A DNA stretch of 64,000 nt from an uncultured Candidatus Saccharibacteria bacterium. GTDB lineage: Bacteria; Patescibacteriota; Minisyncoccia; RBG-13-40-8-A. Position 1 is the stretch's first letter. Each line of letters starts with the position of its first letter. Position numbers and translations under genes: made by a program. The notes under the pieces are model-generated. The model did no database searches and was not told the DNA's origin. It worked only from the letters and a program-made list of their open reading frames with translations. The DNA is taken from NCBI GenBank assembly GCA_965231075.1, contig OZ246412.1:170019-234018 (forward strand). Reading direction: 5' to 3'. Of the stretch, positions 55,731 to 64,000 are shown piece after piece.

Positions 55731-56757
55731 TTGCCACTAAGACATCTCTTAATTTATCTAATTCTTCCAAGATGATGCCGGCACCGCGTGCAACTGCAGT
55801 TAATGGATCATCAATAATTTTAACCGGCATTTTTGTTTCTTCGTGAATAAGCTTGTCTAATCCCCGAAGCAAGCTTCCTCCACCGGCCAAAACAATGCCT
55901 CGATTCATTAAATCAGAAATTAATTCTGGCGGAGTTTGTTCAATGGTTTCTTTGATAGCAGTTACAATTGCTTCGTTTGATGCATACAGGGCCTCACGAA
56001 TCTGATCGCTATTAACAACGACTTCTTTAGGTAGGCCAGTAGATAAGTCGCGTCCTCTTACCGGAGCCTCTAGAATTTCATCTAACTCGTAAGCTGAACC
56101 GATGGTAATTTTAAGGTCTTCGGCAGTTTTTTCTCCCAAAACAATCTTTAGTTCGTCGTGAGCATAATTAATAATGTCTTGATTTAGTTTGTCGCCGGCA
56201 ATTTTTAATGTTTGGCTAGCAACAATTCCGCCTAAAGAAATGACAGCAATGTCAGTGGTGCCGCCGCCAATATCAACAATCATATTTCCCACTGCCTCCT
56301 GGACCGGTAATCTTGCACCAATCGCCGCTGCCATCGCCTCTTCAACCAAGTATACCTCTCTCGCTCCGGCACTAAGCGCAGCATCTTTAACTGCCTTTTT
56401 TTCAACTTCGGTGATTCCTGATGGAATACCAATAATAATTCTTGGTCGAGGAAATAAGCTAAAGCTATCTTTATGAATTTTGTGAATAAAATAACGAAGC
56501 ATTTGCTCGGTTACTTCAAAATCAGAAATCACTCCCTCGCGCAATGGTCGGGTTGCAGAAATGTGTGCGGGGGTTCTGCCAACCATTCTCTTGGCCTCAA
56601 CACCAATAGCTAAAACTTGTCCGGTTTTTTGATTCACAGCAACAACTGATGGTTCATTAATTACAATCCCCTTGCCCTTAACATAAACAAGGGTTGTAGC
56701 AGTACCCAAATCAATCCCTACGTCCTTGGAAAATTTTCCCAGTATTTTATTAAACAT
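55705..56757 (-). CDS. mreB: Rod shape-determining protein MreB (actin homologue)
   Basis: GIDLGTATTLVYVKGKGIVINEPSVVAV, DIGGGTTDIAVISLGGIV. Confidence 0.95.
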   Translation of the reverse strand: MFNKILGKFSKDVGIDLGTATTLVYVKGKGIVINEPSVVAVNQKTGQVLAIGVEAKRMVGRTPAHISATRPLREGVISDFEVTEQMLRYFIHKIHKDSFSLFPRPRIIIGIPSGITEVEKKAVKDAALSAGAREVYLVEEAMAAAIGARLPVQEAVGNMIVDIGGGTTDIAVISLGGIVASQTLKIAGDKLNQDIINYAHDELKIVLGEKTAEDLKITIGSAYELDEILEAPVRGRDLSTGLPKEVVVNSDQIREALYASNEAIVTAIKETIEQTPPELISDLMNRGIVLAGGGSLLRGLDKLIHEETKMPVKIIDDPLTAVARGAGIILEELDKLRDVLVASDYGEVPK

Positions 56758-58444
56758 GTTTTAAGACCTCCTTGATTTTAACTAATTTTATTTCTTTTTC
56801 GTTTCTTTTTTTAATTTCCACACTTGCGGTTTTCAATGTCTTTTCACTAATAACTAATCTTGTAGGAATGCCAATAATATCGGCATCGGCAAATTTATTT
56901 CCTGGCGTTAAATCGCGATCATCATATAAAACTTGAAATCCATTTTCGATTAGGTTGTCATATAATTTTTCTGAAGTGTCCTTAACTTTTTTATTGTTTT
57001 CAATTGCAATCAAGTGGATATCAAACGGAGCTGTTCCCTTTGGCCAAACAATCCCCTTTTCGTCAAAATGAGTTTCAATTATTGTCGCCAATGCACGATC
57101 AATGCCAATTCCATACGCGCCCATCCAAATTATTTTTTCTTTTCCATCTTTATCGGTAAAATTAGCATTGTGTGGTTTAGTATAAAATAACTCTTGATTA
57201 AAAATATGGCCAAATTCAATTGCTCTTTTTTCGACAAGTTTTCCTTTGCTGCATTTTCCACAAATATCACCGTTTTGCGCTTCAGCAACATCAATTAATT
57301 TTTCGACTTTAAAATCTCTATCCAAATTACTGTTTTGCCATTCCAGTTCTTCTTTTTCTCGTTTGTAACCACCAGTAAAATTTTTTACAGTTTTCAGAGA
57401 TAGGTCGCCAACAAAATGTACATTTTTTAATCCCTTAACCGGTACCGAGCCATGAATTGTGCCAAGTTTTTTCAAATCTTCATCTGTGGCCGGTGTGACG
57501 GAATCAATTTCCAATTCTCTAGCTAATTTGATTTCATTAATATCTAAATCTCCACGAATAATTACAATATAATATTCATCATTACTGCCCCTATATAGCA
57601 CGTCCTTAATAATTCTATTTTTCGGCACTTTGAAGAAATTAGACATTTCTTCAATTGTATTAATATTTGCTGGTTGATGTACGTCTTCTATTGGTAACAT
57701 TTTATCGCTAGAATTTATGTCTTGTCTAACAAATTCTACTTTTTCTGCGTTGGCAGCATATTTACATTTATCGCAAACAAAAATTTTGTCTTCTCCAAAA
57801 TCAGCCAAAACCATAAACTCGTGACACAATTTTCCACCCAATGCCCCACTATCTGCTTCCACGGCGATTGTTTTTAAGTCCAATCTTTTACAAATATTTT
57901 CATATGCCTTATAAAATTTATCATAAACCTCTAATTGTTCTTTTTCTGATTTACAAAAAGAATATGCATCTTTCATGGTAAATTCTCTTAATCGAATCAA
58001 TCCCCCTCTTGGTCTTTTTTCGTCTCTAAATTTATTGGAAATTTGATGAATAATTATTGGCAAGTCTTTGTAGGTAGGATTCATTTTTTTAATCAATTCC
58101 GTCATTTGTGCTTCAGCTGTTCCGCCAATAGCAAAAGTTGAACCGTGATGATCATCAACAACCATCATTAAATCTCCAAACGCCTTATCGCGATTGGTCG
58201 CTTTCCAAAATTCAATTGGCTGAAGAGTTGGAGTGATTACTCTTTGTGATCCAATCTTTTCCATTTCTTCCTGGATAATATTCAAAATCCTATTAAAAAC
58301 CCTGAAACCTAGTGGTAAATAAGCATATCTGCCCGCGGCAATTTGTCGAATAAATCCGCCCTGATACAAATATTTATTGCTGATATTTTTGATATCCAGA
58401 GGAACTGATTTTGTTGTCTTTCCGAATAATTGTGATTGTTTCAT
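56750..58444 (-). CDS. proS: Proline--tRNA ligase (bacterial type with an editing insertion)
   Basis: N-terminus GGFIRQIAAGRYAYLPLGFRV and the class II motifs. 564 aa. Confidence 0.9.
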   Translation of the reverse strand: MKQSQLFGKTTKSVPLDIKNISNKYLYQGGFIRQIAAGRYAYLPLGFRVFNRILNIIQEEMEKIGSQRVITPTLQPIEFWKATNRDKAFGDLMMVVDDHHGSTFAIGGTAEAQMTELIKKMNPTYKDLPIIIHQISNKFRDEKRPRGGLIRLREFTMKDAYSFCKSEKEQLEVYDKFYKAYENICKRLDLKTIAVEADSGALGGKLCHEFMVLADFGEDKIFVCDKCKYAANAEKVEFVRQDINSSDKMLPIEDVHQPANINTIEEMSNFFKVPKNRIIKDVLYRGSNDEYYIVIIRGDLDINEIKLARELEIDSVTPATDEDLKKLGTIHGSVPVKGLKNVHFVGDLSLKTVKNFTGGYKREKEELEWQNSNLDRDFKVEKLIDVAEAQNGDICGKCSKGKLVEKRAIEFGHIFNQELFYTKPHNANFTDKDGKEKIIWMGAYGIGIDRALATIIETHFDEKGIVWPKGTAPFDIHLIAIENNKKVKDTSEKLYDNLIENGFQVLYDDRDLTPGNKFADADIIGIPTRLVISEKTLKTASVEIKKRNEKEIKLVKIKEVLKHV

Positions 58445-58446
58445 AT

Positions 58447-59535
58447 TTAAAATAATTTAATTACATCTCTCAATGTTACAACAATCATTAGACCGATTAA
58501 AATTGCGAAACCAAGAGTATGGGCAATTCTTTCGGTTTTAACTTTTACGGGTTTGCCTTTAATTTTTTCGATCAACAAAAATAATAATCTTCCGCCATCT
58601 AATGCTGGAAATGGCAAAATGTTTATAATTGCCAGATTAATCGATAAAATTGCCGCAAACTGCAAAACATAAACCCAGCCCAACTGTACTACTTGAGAAG
58701 TTAAAACGGCAATACCAATTGGTCCGGCCACCTCCCCGATCATTTTTCCTTGGAAAAGCAAGGTTTTAACAAGCAACCAAAACATTGTAACCATGGTTAC
58801 AATCAACCTTCCGGTTGCTTCAAATCCTTTTAAAATTGCCGTGTACCATAGATAAGAAATTAATCCGGTTTTAGACATAGCAATACCCAATGCCCCCTCT
58901 TCTTTTGGTGGATCGATTCTGGGAGTTAGTTTTTTAACAATTATTTCATTACCTCTTTTAATTTCCATGGAAATTTCTTGACCAGAATGAAATCCAATAA
59001 ATTTTTGTACTTCTTCAATTTCTTTAATTTCTATTTTTTCAGAACCGTAAGTTAAAGAAATTATTGCGTCTCCCACTTTGATGTTTGCATTTTCGGCTGG
59101 AGAATTTTTGGCCGTTTCCACGATCTGTATTTGAATGTTTTGATAACTTGTTTCTTGCCCCGATTCAACAATTGTTGGTATACCAAGCACGTGAACAATT
59201 GAAAGCAGAATTACGGCTAAAATTAAATTCATTACCACACCCATAACTAAAATAATTGCTCTTTGCCAAATCGGTTTGTTATAAAACGCAAATTTTGAAT
59301 CTGAACGTTTTTCATCTTGTTCCTCGCCGAAGATTTTGACGAATCCTCCTAACGGAATTGCGTTTAAAGAATAAGTTGTATCACCTTTTTTAAAACCAAA
59401 AATCCTTGGCGGAAAGCCAAAGCCAAATTCTTCAACTCTTGCTCCGGCCTTTTTGGCACTAATAAAATGCCCCAACTCGTGAGCAAATATCAATAGTCCC
59501 AATATTAACAAAAAAACAATAATAGTAAGAATCAT
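58447..59535 (-). CDS. rseP: Site-2 protease RseP (M50 zinc metalloprotease) with a PDZ domain
   Basis: HELGHFISAKKAG (HExxH) in TM1, a PDZ domain, and the LDG motif (ALDGGRLL). Confidence 0.85.
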   Translation of the reverse strand: MILTIIVFLLILGLLIFAHELGHFISAKKAGARVEEFGFGFPPRIFGFKKGDTTYSLNAIPLGGFVKIFGEEQDEKRSDSKFAFYNKPIWQRAIILVMGVVMNLILAVILLSIVHVLGIPTIVESGQETSYQNIQIQIVETAKNSPAENANIKVGDAIISLTYGSEKIEIKEIEEVQKFIGFHSGQEISMEIKRGNEIIVKKLTPRIDPPKEEGALGIAMSKTGLISYLWYTAILKGFEATGRLIVTMVTMFWLLVKTLLFQGKMIGEVAGPIGIAVLTSQVVQLGWVYVLQFAAILSINLAIINILPFPALDGGRLLFLLIEKIKGKPVKVKTERIAHTLGFAILIGLMIVVTLRDVIKLF

Positions 59536-59539
59536 AAAT

Positions 59540-60097
59540 TTATACGGTCATTATGTCGGTTTCTTTGGCTTTTTTAAGGTCGTCGATTTTTTTGTTGTAA
59601 TCGTCAACTAATTTTTGTAAATCGTCTTTAGCACGAAATTTGTCATCCTCTCTCATCTCTCCTTTCTTTTCCATTTCCTGAATTTCTTTCCAAACCTTTT
59701 CTCGATGTAGGCGCATCGAAATTTTTGCTTCTTCGGTTTTGTCGGCAACAATTTTTACGTATTCTTTTCTTTGTTCTTCATTTAACGAAGGAATATTAAT
59801 GCGAATAATGTCTCCATCAACAATTGGACTAAATGGTGACTTATTTCTTACTCCCTTTTCAATTTCCGCCATTACGGTCTTGTCCCAGGGTTGGATTGTA
59901 ATTAATTGTGCTTGTGGCGCACTAATTGCTGCTAATTGTTTTAACAAAAACTTTTGATTATTATAACACTCAATTTCAATATCTTCGACCATAGCCGAAT
60001 TGGCGCGACTGGTTTTCACTTTTGCCAATTCCGCCTTTAAGAATGATGCAGTTTTTTCGAATTCTTGTTTTAAGCTGTCTAATAGTTGTTTATACAT
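59540..60097 (-). CDS. frr: Ribosome recycling factor
   Basis: 185 aa, VKTSRANSAMVEDIEIECYN...LNEEQRKEYVK, typical RRF. Confidence 0.9.
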   Translation of the reverse strand: MYKQLLDSLKQEFEKTASFLKAELAKVKTSRANSAMVEDIEIECYNNQKFLLKQLAAISAPQAQLITIQPWDKTVMAEIEKGVRNKSPFSPIVDGDIIRINIPSLNEEQRKEYVKIVADKTEEAKISMRLHREKVWKEIQEMEKKGEMREDDKFRAKDDLQKLVDDYNKKIDDLKKAKETDIMTV

Positions 60098-60801
60098 AAA
60101 ATTAAATTTTCTAGAGCCAATCTCTGGTTCACGTTTGTACCGGAAATTAGATCTTTGGTTTTTTGTATTTCTTTAATTATATTTAAATTTTCTTTAATTT
60201 TGTCTTCTTCGTGAATTAATTTCTCCCTGAACCAGAACAACCAAGAGTTGAGAAGAGAAAAAATTTCATCCAGATTTTTGCTTTCGGATTTGGTGGTTTT
60301 CTCAATGTATTTAAAGATATCGTTTAATGGTTTATTCAATATATTAATATATTCTTCGATGATAAAATCTTTCGCAACCTTGTTTAAAGATTTGGCATCA
60401 AATCTAATTTCTTGTAAGCGGGAAAGAATTGTTTTAGACAATAAATTAAGATTGGATGTAATTAAAATTAAAATTGTATTGCCAAGTGGCTCCTCCAGTG
60501 TTTTTAAAAGTGCGTTTGACGCCTCATTATTCATGGTTTCCGCGTTATCGATAATTACAAATTTATAAAAACTATTACGTGGAGATAGGCTAAGATATTT
60601 TTTAATGTCTTTAATTTGGTCAATAGACGTTTCTTTTTTGCCCTCTTTGGGCACAATGTAAAGAATATCGAATTTGTCGGTTTTGAGAAATTCAGCGAAC
60701 TCAAATGCTGTATTTTTCATTTCTTGATTCGCTCCATTGTAAAACAAATATGCGTGAGCTAATTTTCCATTTTTAGCTGCATTTTTCAAAAACTCTAACA
60801 T
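60079..60801 (-). CDS. holB: DNA polymerase III delta-prime subunit-like clamp-loader protein (240 aa)
   Basis: GKLAHAYLFYNG (degenerate P-loop, as in delta-prime) and ASNALLKTLEEP (the sensor-1/box VII region). Confidence 0.7.
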   Translation of the reverse strand: MLEFLKNAAKNGKLAHAYLFYNGANQEMKNTAFEFAEFLKTDKFDILYIVPKEGKKETSIDQIKDIKKYLSLSPRNSFYKFVIIDNAETMNNEASNALLKTLEEPLGNTILILITSNLNLLSKTILSRLQEIRFDAKSLNKVAKDFIIEEYINILNKPLNDIFKYIEKTTKSESKNLDEIFSLLNSWLFWFREKLIHEEDKIKENLNIIKEIQKTKDLISGTNVNQRLALENLILCINNY

Positions 60802-60819
60802 ACGTTTATGTTATCACAA

Positions 60820-61896
60820 TTAATGTTCATTCGCAAATTGGTTCACAAACTCTAAAATTTCTTTTTTAAATCTATCTTCAGAAAATTGTTGAGCGTGGGA
60901 TTTAATAAAATCGGCACTGTATTTTGTCTGTCTTAGACGTCTGATTCCATCGGCTAAAATTGCCGAGTTTTGATAATCAAAAAATTCTCCAGTTTTTCCT
61001 TCAATTACTGTTTCTAACGCCCCCCCTCTTCGATAAGCCAAGACCGGCTTACCATAACTCATCGCCTCTACTGGTGCGATTCCAAAATCATCATCTGACG
61101 GAAAAATAAATGCGGTGCAATCTTGATAATGTTTTGCCACAATTTCATTGGGCTGAAGTCCCAAAAATTTAACATTCCTCTTTGCAATTCTTTGTAAACT
61201 TTCCTTTTCTGGTCCGTCCCCGATTATTATTAAGTTAAGCCCTAATTTATTAAATGCTTCAACCGCCAAATCAATGCGTTTGTATTTTTGTAACCGAGAG
61301 ACAATTAAATAAAATTCTTTTTGCTCATTCGAATTTTGAGAATTCATTGAAAATTGAGAATTGGAAATTGAAAATTGAACGGGCGGGTATATCACTACCG
61401 ACTTCCGTTTATAGTATTTTTTGATTCTGTTTTGCACTGCCTTTGAACAAGCGATAAAATGATCCACCCGCTCTGATGCTTGTCTGTCCCACATTCTGAA
61501 ATAATGTAATATTATATTTTTTCTCGATTTATCCCACAAATAACGGGTTGGACTGAAACAATAATCAATATGAATTGTTTTTGGTCGAGTAATAATTCCC
61601 TTTACAAAAGAATGGCTTGCGGAAATTACAATATCATAATCACGCAAATCAATTGTTTCTGCGGCAATTGGTAGAAATGGTAACAACAATTGATATCTTT
61701 TTCTAATAAACAGTGGTAATCGTTGCAAAAAAGAAGCATTCATTCTGTGAATTGGAAATAATTCTTTTTTGATTTTGGGGTCATAGAATAAAGAATACAA
61801 TTCAGCATCAGGAAAAATGTCAGACAACGATTTAAACGTTTTCTCTGCTCCGCCATAAGAAGTCAGGTAATCATTTATTATAGCAATTTTAGGCAT
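60820..61896 (-). CDS. Glycosyltransferase family 4
   Basis: C-terminal FIFPSDDDFGIAPVEAMSYGKPVLA GT4 motif. It contains an imperfect gaaaatt-type heptamer array. Confidence 0.8.
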   Translation of the reverse strand: MPKIAIINDYLTSYGGAEKTFKSLSDIFPDAELYSLFYDPKIKKELFPIHRMNASFLQRLPLFIRKRYQLLLPFLPIAAETIDLRDYDIVISASHSFVKGIITRPKTIHIDYCFSPTRYLWDKSRKNIILHYFRMWDRQASERVDHFIACSKAVQNRIKKYYKRKSVVIYPPVQFSISNSQFSMNSQNSNEQKEFYLIVSRLQKYKRIDLAVEAFNKLGLNLIIIGDGPEKESLQRIAKRNVKFLGLQPNEIVAKHYQDCTAFIFPSDDDFGIAPVEAMSYGKPVLAYRRGGALETVIEGKTGEFFDYQNSAILADGIRRLRQTKYSADFIKSHAQQFSEDRFKKEILEFVNQFANEH

Positions 61897-61900
61897 GAGA

Positions 61901-63010
61901 CTAATTAGAAATTAATATTTTAAATGTTTCTTCGGCACATTTTGGCCAAGAAAAACGCTGAACATTTTCGTATCCTCTTTTCACCAATTCGTCACTAAAC
62001 ACTTGATTTCTGATAATTTTATGAATCCCTTCAGCAATTTCTGATGGCTTATAAGGATTAACCAAAATCGCACTGGGTTCATGATTTAGTGGGTTAAAAA
62101 CGATTTCTGGCATACTAGAAATGCTCGAACAAACAACGGGGACTCCAGCTTTTTGCGCTTCCAAAATTGGAATCCCAAATCCTTCATAAAAAGATGGGAA
62201 CACAAACACATCGGCGTTTTTTAATAGATTCCATTTTTCTTCATCTTTAACATATCCCGTACAAATAATATCGTTTTTTAAATCGTTGGGAATTTTGTAA
62301 TTTTTATTCGGTCCAAGCAAAATTAATTTATGCGGGATGTTGTGATCATGTTTCAAAATCTTCAGCGCTTTAATTAACCCATTAATATTCTTTCTTTTAT
62401 CTTTTCTACCGATGTATACAAGATATGGTTTATCTTGAATTTTCAATTTTAAATTTTTAATTTCAATTGGTGGACTCCCCACTCCATGATAAACAACAAA
62501 AACTTTATTTTCATCGACAGAATAATATTTTATTAAATCATTTTTGGTGGAATTCGACGGAACAATAATTTTATCAGACCGAGACGCATTTCTCTTGGTG
62601 ATAAATTTTAATAATAATCTTTTGTGCCAAGAATACATTTTGGGTAATTTTTCGAATTCCAGACCTTGAATTACGGTGATAATGCGTGTTTTGCCAACAA
62701 AAAATGGCATTAGGTGTGCTGGCAAAAATAGAACATCATATTTGTTCTTACAAACATCCCAACTTAAACGAACAATTGTCCAAAATTTTTTAAATGGCCA
62801 ATTTAATTGCCTTAAAACATATTTTTTATTATCAGCTTGTAATCCCTCGGCAACTTCTTTTAGTGTTTCAGTTATTTGCGGGGTTAAGATAAAAAATTGA
62901 TGATTTTCAAAACCATCAACCGATGAAAGATTCCAGAGTAAATGATAAACGTATTCCTCTACTCCGGTTCTATTTTCTAGGGGGATATTAACCGATATAG
63001 CGATTTTCAT
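61901..63010 (-). CDS. Glycosyltransferase family 4
   Basis: VFVFPSFYEGFGIPILEAQKAGVPVVCS GT4 motif. Confidence 0.8.
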   Translation of the reverse strand: MKIAISVNIPLENRTGVEEYVYHLLWNLSSVDGFENHQFFILTPQITETLKEVAEGLQADNKKYVLRQLNWPFKKFWTIVRLSWDVCKNKYDVLFLPAHLMPFFVGKTRIITVIQGLEFEKLPKMYSWHKRLLLKFITKRNASRSDKIIVPSNSTKNDLIKYYSVDENKVFVVYHGVGSPPIEIKNLKLKIQDKPYLVYIGRKDKRKNINGLIKALKILKHDHNIPHKLILLGPNKNYKIPNDLKNDIICTGYVKDEEKWNLLKNADVFVFPSFYEGFGIPILEAQKAGVPVVCSSISSMPEIVFNPLNHEPSAILVNPYKPSEIAEGIHKIIRNQVFSDELVKRGYENVQRFSWPKCAEETFKILISN

Positions 63011-63015
63011 AAATG

Positions 63016-64000
63016 TTACTTTTTGGACATAATACTACGTTTGTATATTTCAAGATTTTCCAATACTGCACCACAACCTTTGGCAACGCAAGTTAATGGA
63101 TCTTCGGTTACATAACATGGCACGCCAGTTGTTTTAGAAATAAGATCATCTAAGTTTGAAAGCAATGCTCCACCACCCGAAATGAACATTCCCCTATCCA
63201 TAACGTCAGCGGCTAGTTCTGGTGGCGTAACTTGTAAAACGCTTTTAATTGCACGAATCATCTCTTTTAGTTCTCCAGAAATGGCCTCAACAACTTCTTT
63301 GTTGGTGATTTCCACAATTTTTGGCAAGCCCTCAATTAAATCTCTCCCCTTTATCTTAATTGTTCCTCTTTCAGAATTAGGAATGGCGCTTCCAATTTGA
63401 ATCTTAATTTCTTCGGCGGTTCTATCACCAATAGCAAGGTTGTGCTTCCTTTTAATATAATCAGTGATTGCTCTATCTAGCTTGTCTCCAGCCACTCTGA
63501 CCGAAGACCAGGCAACAATTCCGCCTAAAGAAATGATTGCCACATCAGTCGTTCCTCCACCAATATCAATAATCATGTTCCCTACGGGAGAATTTATGGG
63601 TATGCCTGCACCAATAGCTGCTAGAACCGGTTGTTTGGCGATATAAGCAGATTTTGCTCCGGATTGGATAGCTGCTTCAATTACTGCCCTTTTTTCTGTA
63701 GAAGTGATCCCCGCCGGAACGGAAACTAAAACTTCGGGTCTAAATATTCTAAATTTGCCACTAGCCTTATTGATGAAATATGAAAGCATTGCCTGAGTGA
63801 TTCGATAATCAGCAATAACCCCATCCTTTAGTGGTTTAGAAGCAATAATTGAGTCAGGGGTTCTGCCAATCATTTCTCGGGCTTCGTTGCCAACTGCCAA
63901 AACTCGATTATCATCAATTGAAATAGCTACGACTGATGGTTCATTAATAACTACCCCCTTTCCAGGAATGTAAACCAATGTATTTGCTGTACCTAAATCA
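63016..64000 (-). CDS. mreB: Second MreB/Mbl-like actin homologue. The 5-prime end runs off the window.
   Basis: VVINEPSVVAI..., DIGGGTTDVAIISLGGIV, GGGALLSNLDDLIS. The reading frame is open to the window edge (DLGTANTLVY continues upstream). Confidence 0.85.
   Translation of the reverse strand, partial: DLGTANTLVYIPGKGVVINEPSVVAISIDDNRVLAVGNEAREMIGRTPDSIIASKPLKDGVIADYRITQAMLSYFINKASGKFRIFRPEVLVSVPAGITSTEKRAVIEAAIQSGAKSAYIAKQPVLAAIGAGIPINSPVGNMIIDIGGGTTDVAIISLGGIVAWSSVRVAGDKLDRAITDYIKRKHNLAIGDRTAEEIKIQIGSAIPNSERGTIKIKGRDLIEGLPKIVEITNKEVVEAISGELKEMIRAIKSVLQVTPPELAADVMDRGMFISGGGALLSNLDDLISKTTGVPCYVTEDPLTCVAKGCGAVLENLEIYKRSIMSKK

Noticed and set aside
1-64000. Search for rRNA, tRNA, tmRNA, RNase P and SRP RNA
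   Set aside because: No cloverleaf-like GC-rich segments or conserved RNase P, tmRNA or SRP motifs were recognisable in any intergenic region by eye. The only strongly structured non-coding segment is the aspS-upstream RNA.

Overview
This is an AT-rich, gene-dense window with mostly small proteins, many ATGA-type gene overlaps, few Shine-Dalgarno sites and several leaderless extended -10 promoters. The overall look is that of a reduced-genome, CPR/Patescibacteria-like bacterium; that is inference from gene content and style only. The core genes are all recognisable: dnaK (5-prime partial) and dnaJ, mnmA, a minimal alaS, an ftsA-like gene, and a ribosomal cluster infA-rpmJ-rpsM-rpsK-rpsD-rpoA-rplQ-rplM-rpsI in which rpoA has no alpha-CTD. 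Further along are fmt, def, a priA-like gene, thpR, rplI, rpmA, xerD, gltX, murG, ftsW, mraY, a D-Ala-D-Ala carboxypeptidase, an archaeal-type aspS, greA, pbp2-mreD-mreC-mreB, proS, rseP, frr, holB and a second mreB running off the 3-prime end. The accessory content is: (1) a secreted CAP-domain protein, a sortase and an 826-aa Cys-rich DUF11 surface protein carrying two near-identical 243-bp tandem repeats; (2) a compact [NiFe]-hydrogenase locus with hypC, an unknown 128-aa protein, small and large subunits (the large subunit ends exactly at the DPCxxCxxH motif), an amidohydrolase and a HypA remnant without its zinc finger; (3) a cell-envelope glycan cluster with a geranylgeranyl-reductase-like flavoprotein, a TagA/WecB-family transferase, GT4 and GT2 transferases, two Wzy-like ligases, an LCP protein and CtpA; (4) a tight operon of a small membrane protein, a patatin-like phospholipase and a Cas4-like Fe-S PD-(D/E)XK nuclease next to xerD; (5) a ~235-nt structured RNA with its own consensus promoter and intrinsic terminator immediately upstream of aspS. 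I also saw recurrent 4x tandem heptanucleotide repeats inside or beside glycosyltransferase and priA-like genes, and a D-aminoacylase-family gene where murD would normally sit between mraY and ftsW. I found no rRNA, tRNA or CRISPR array.
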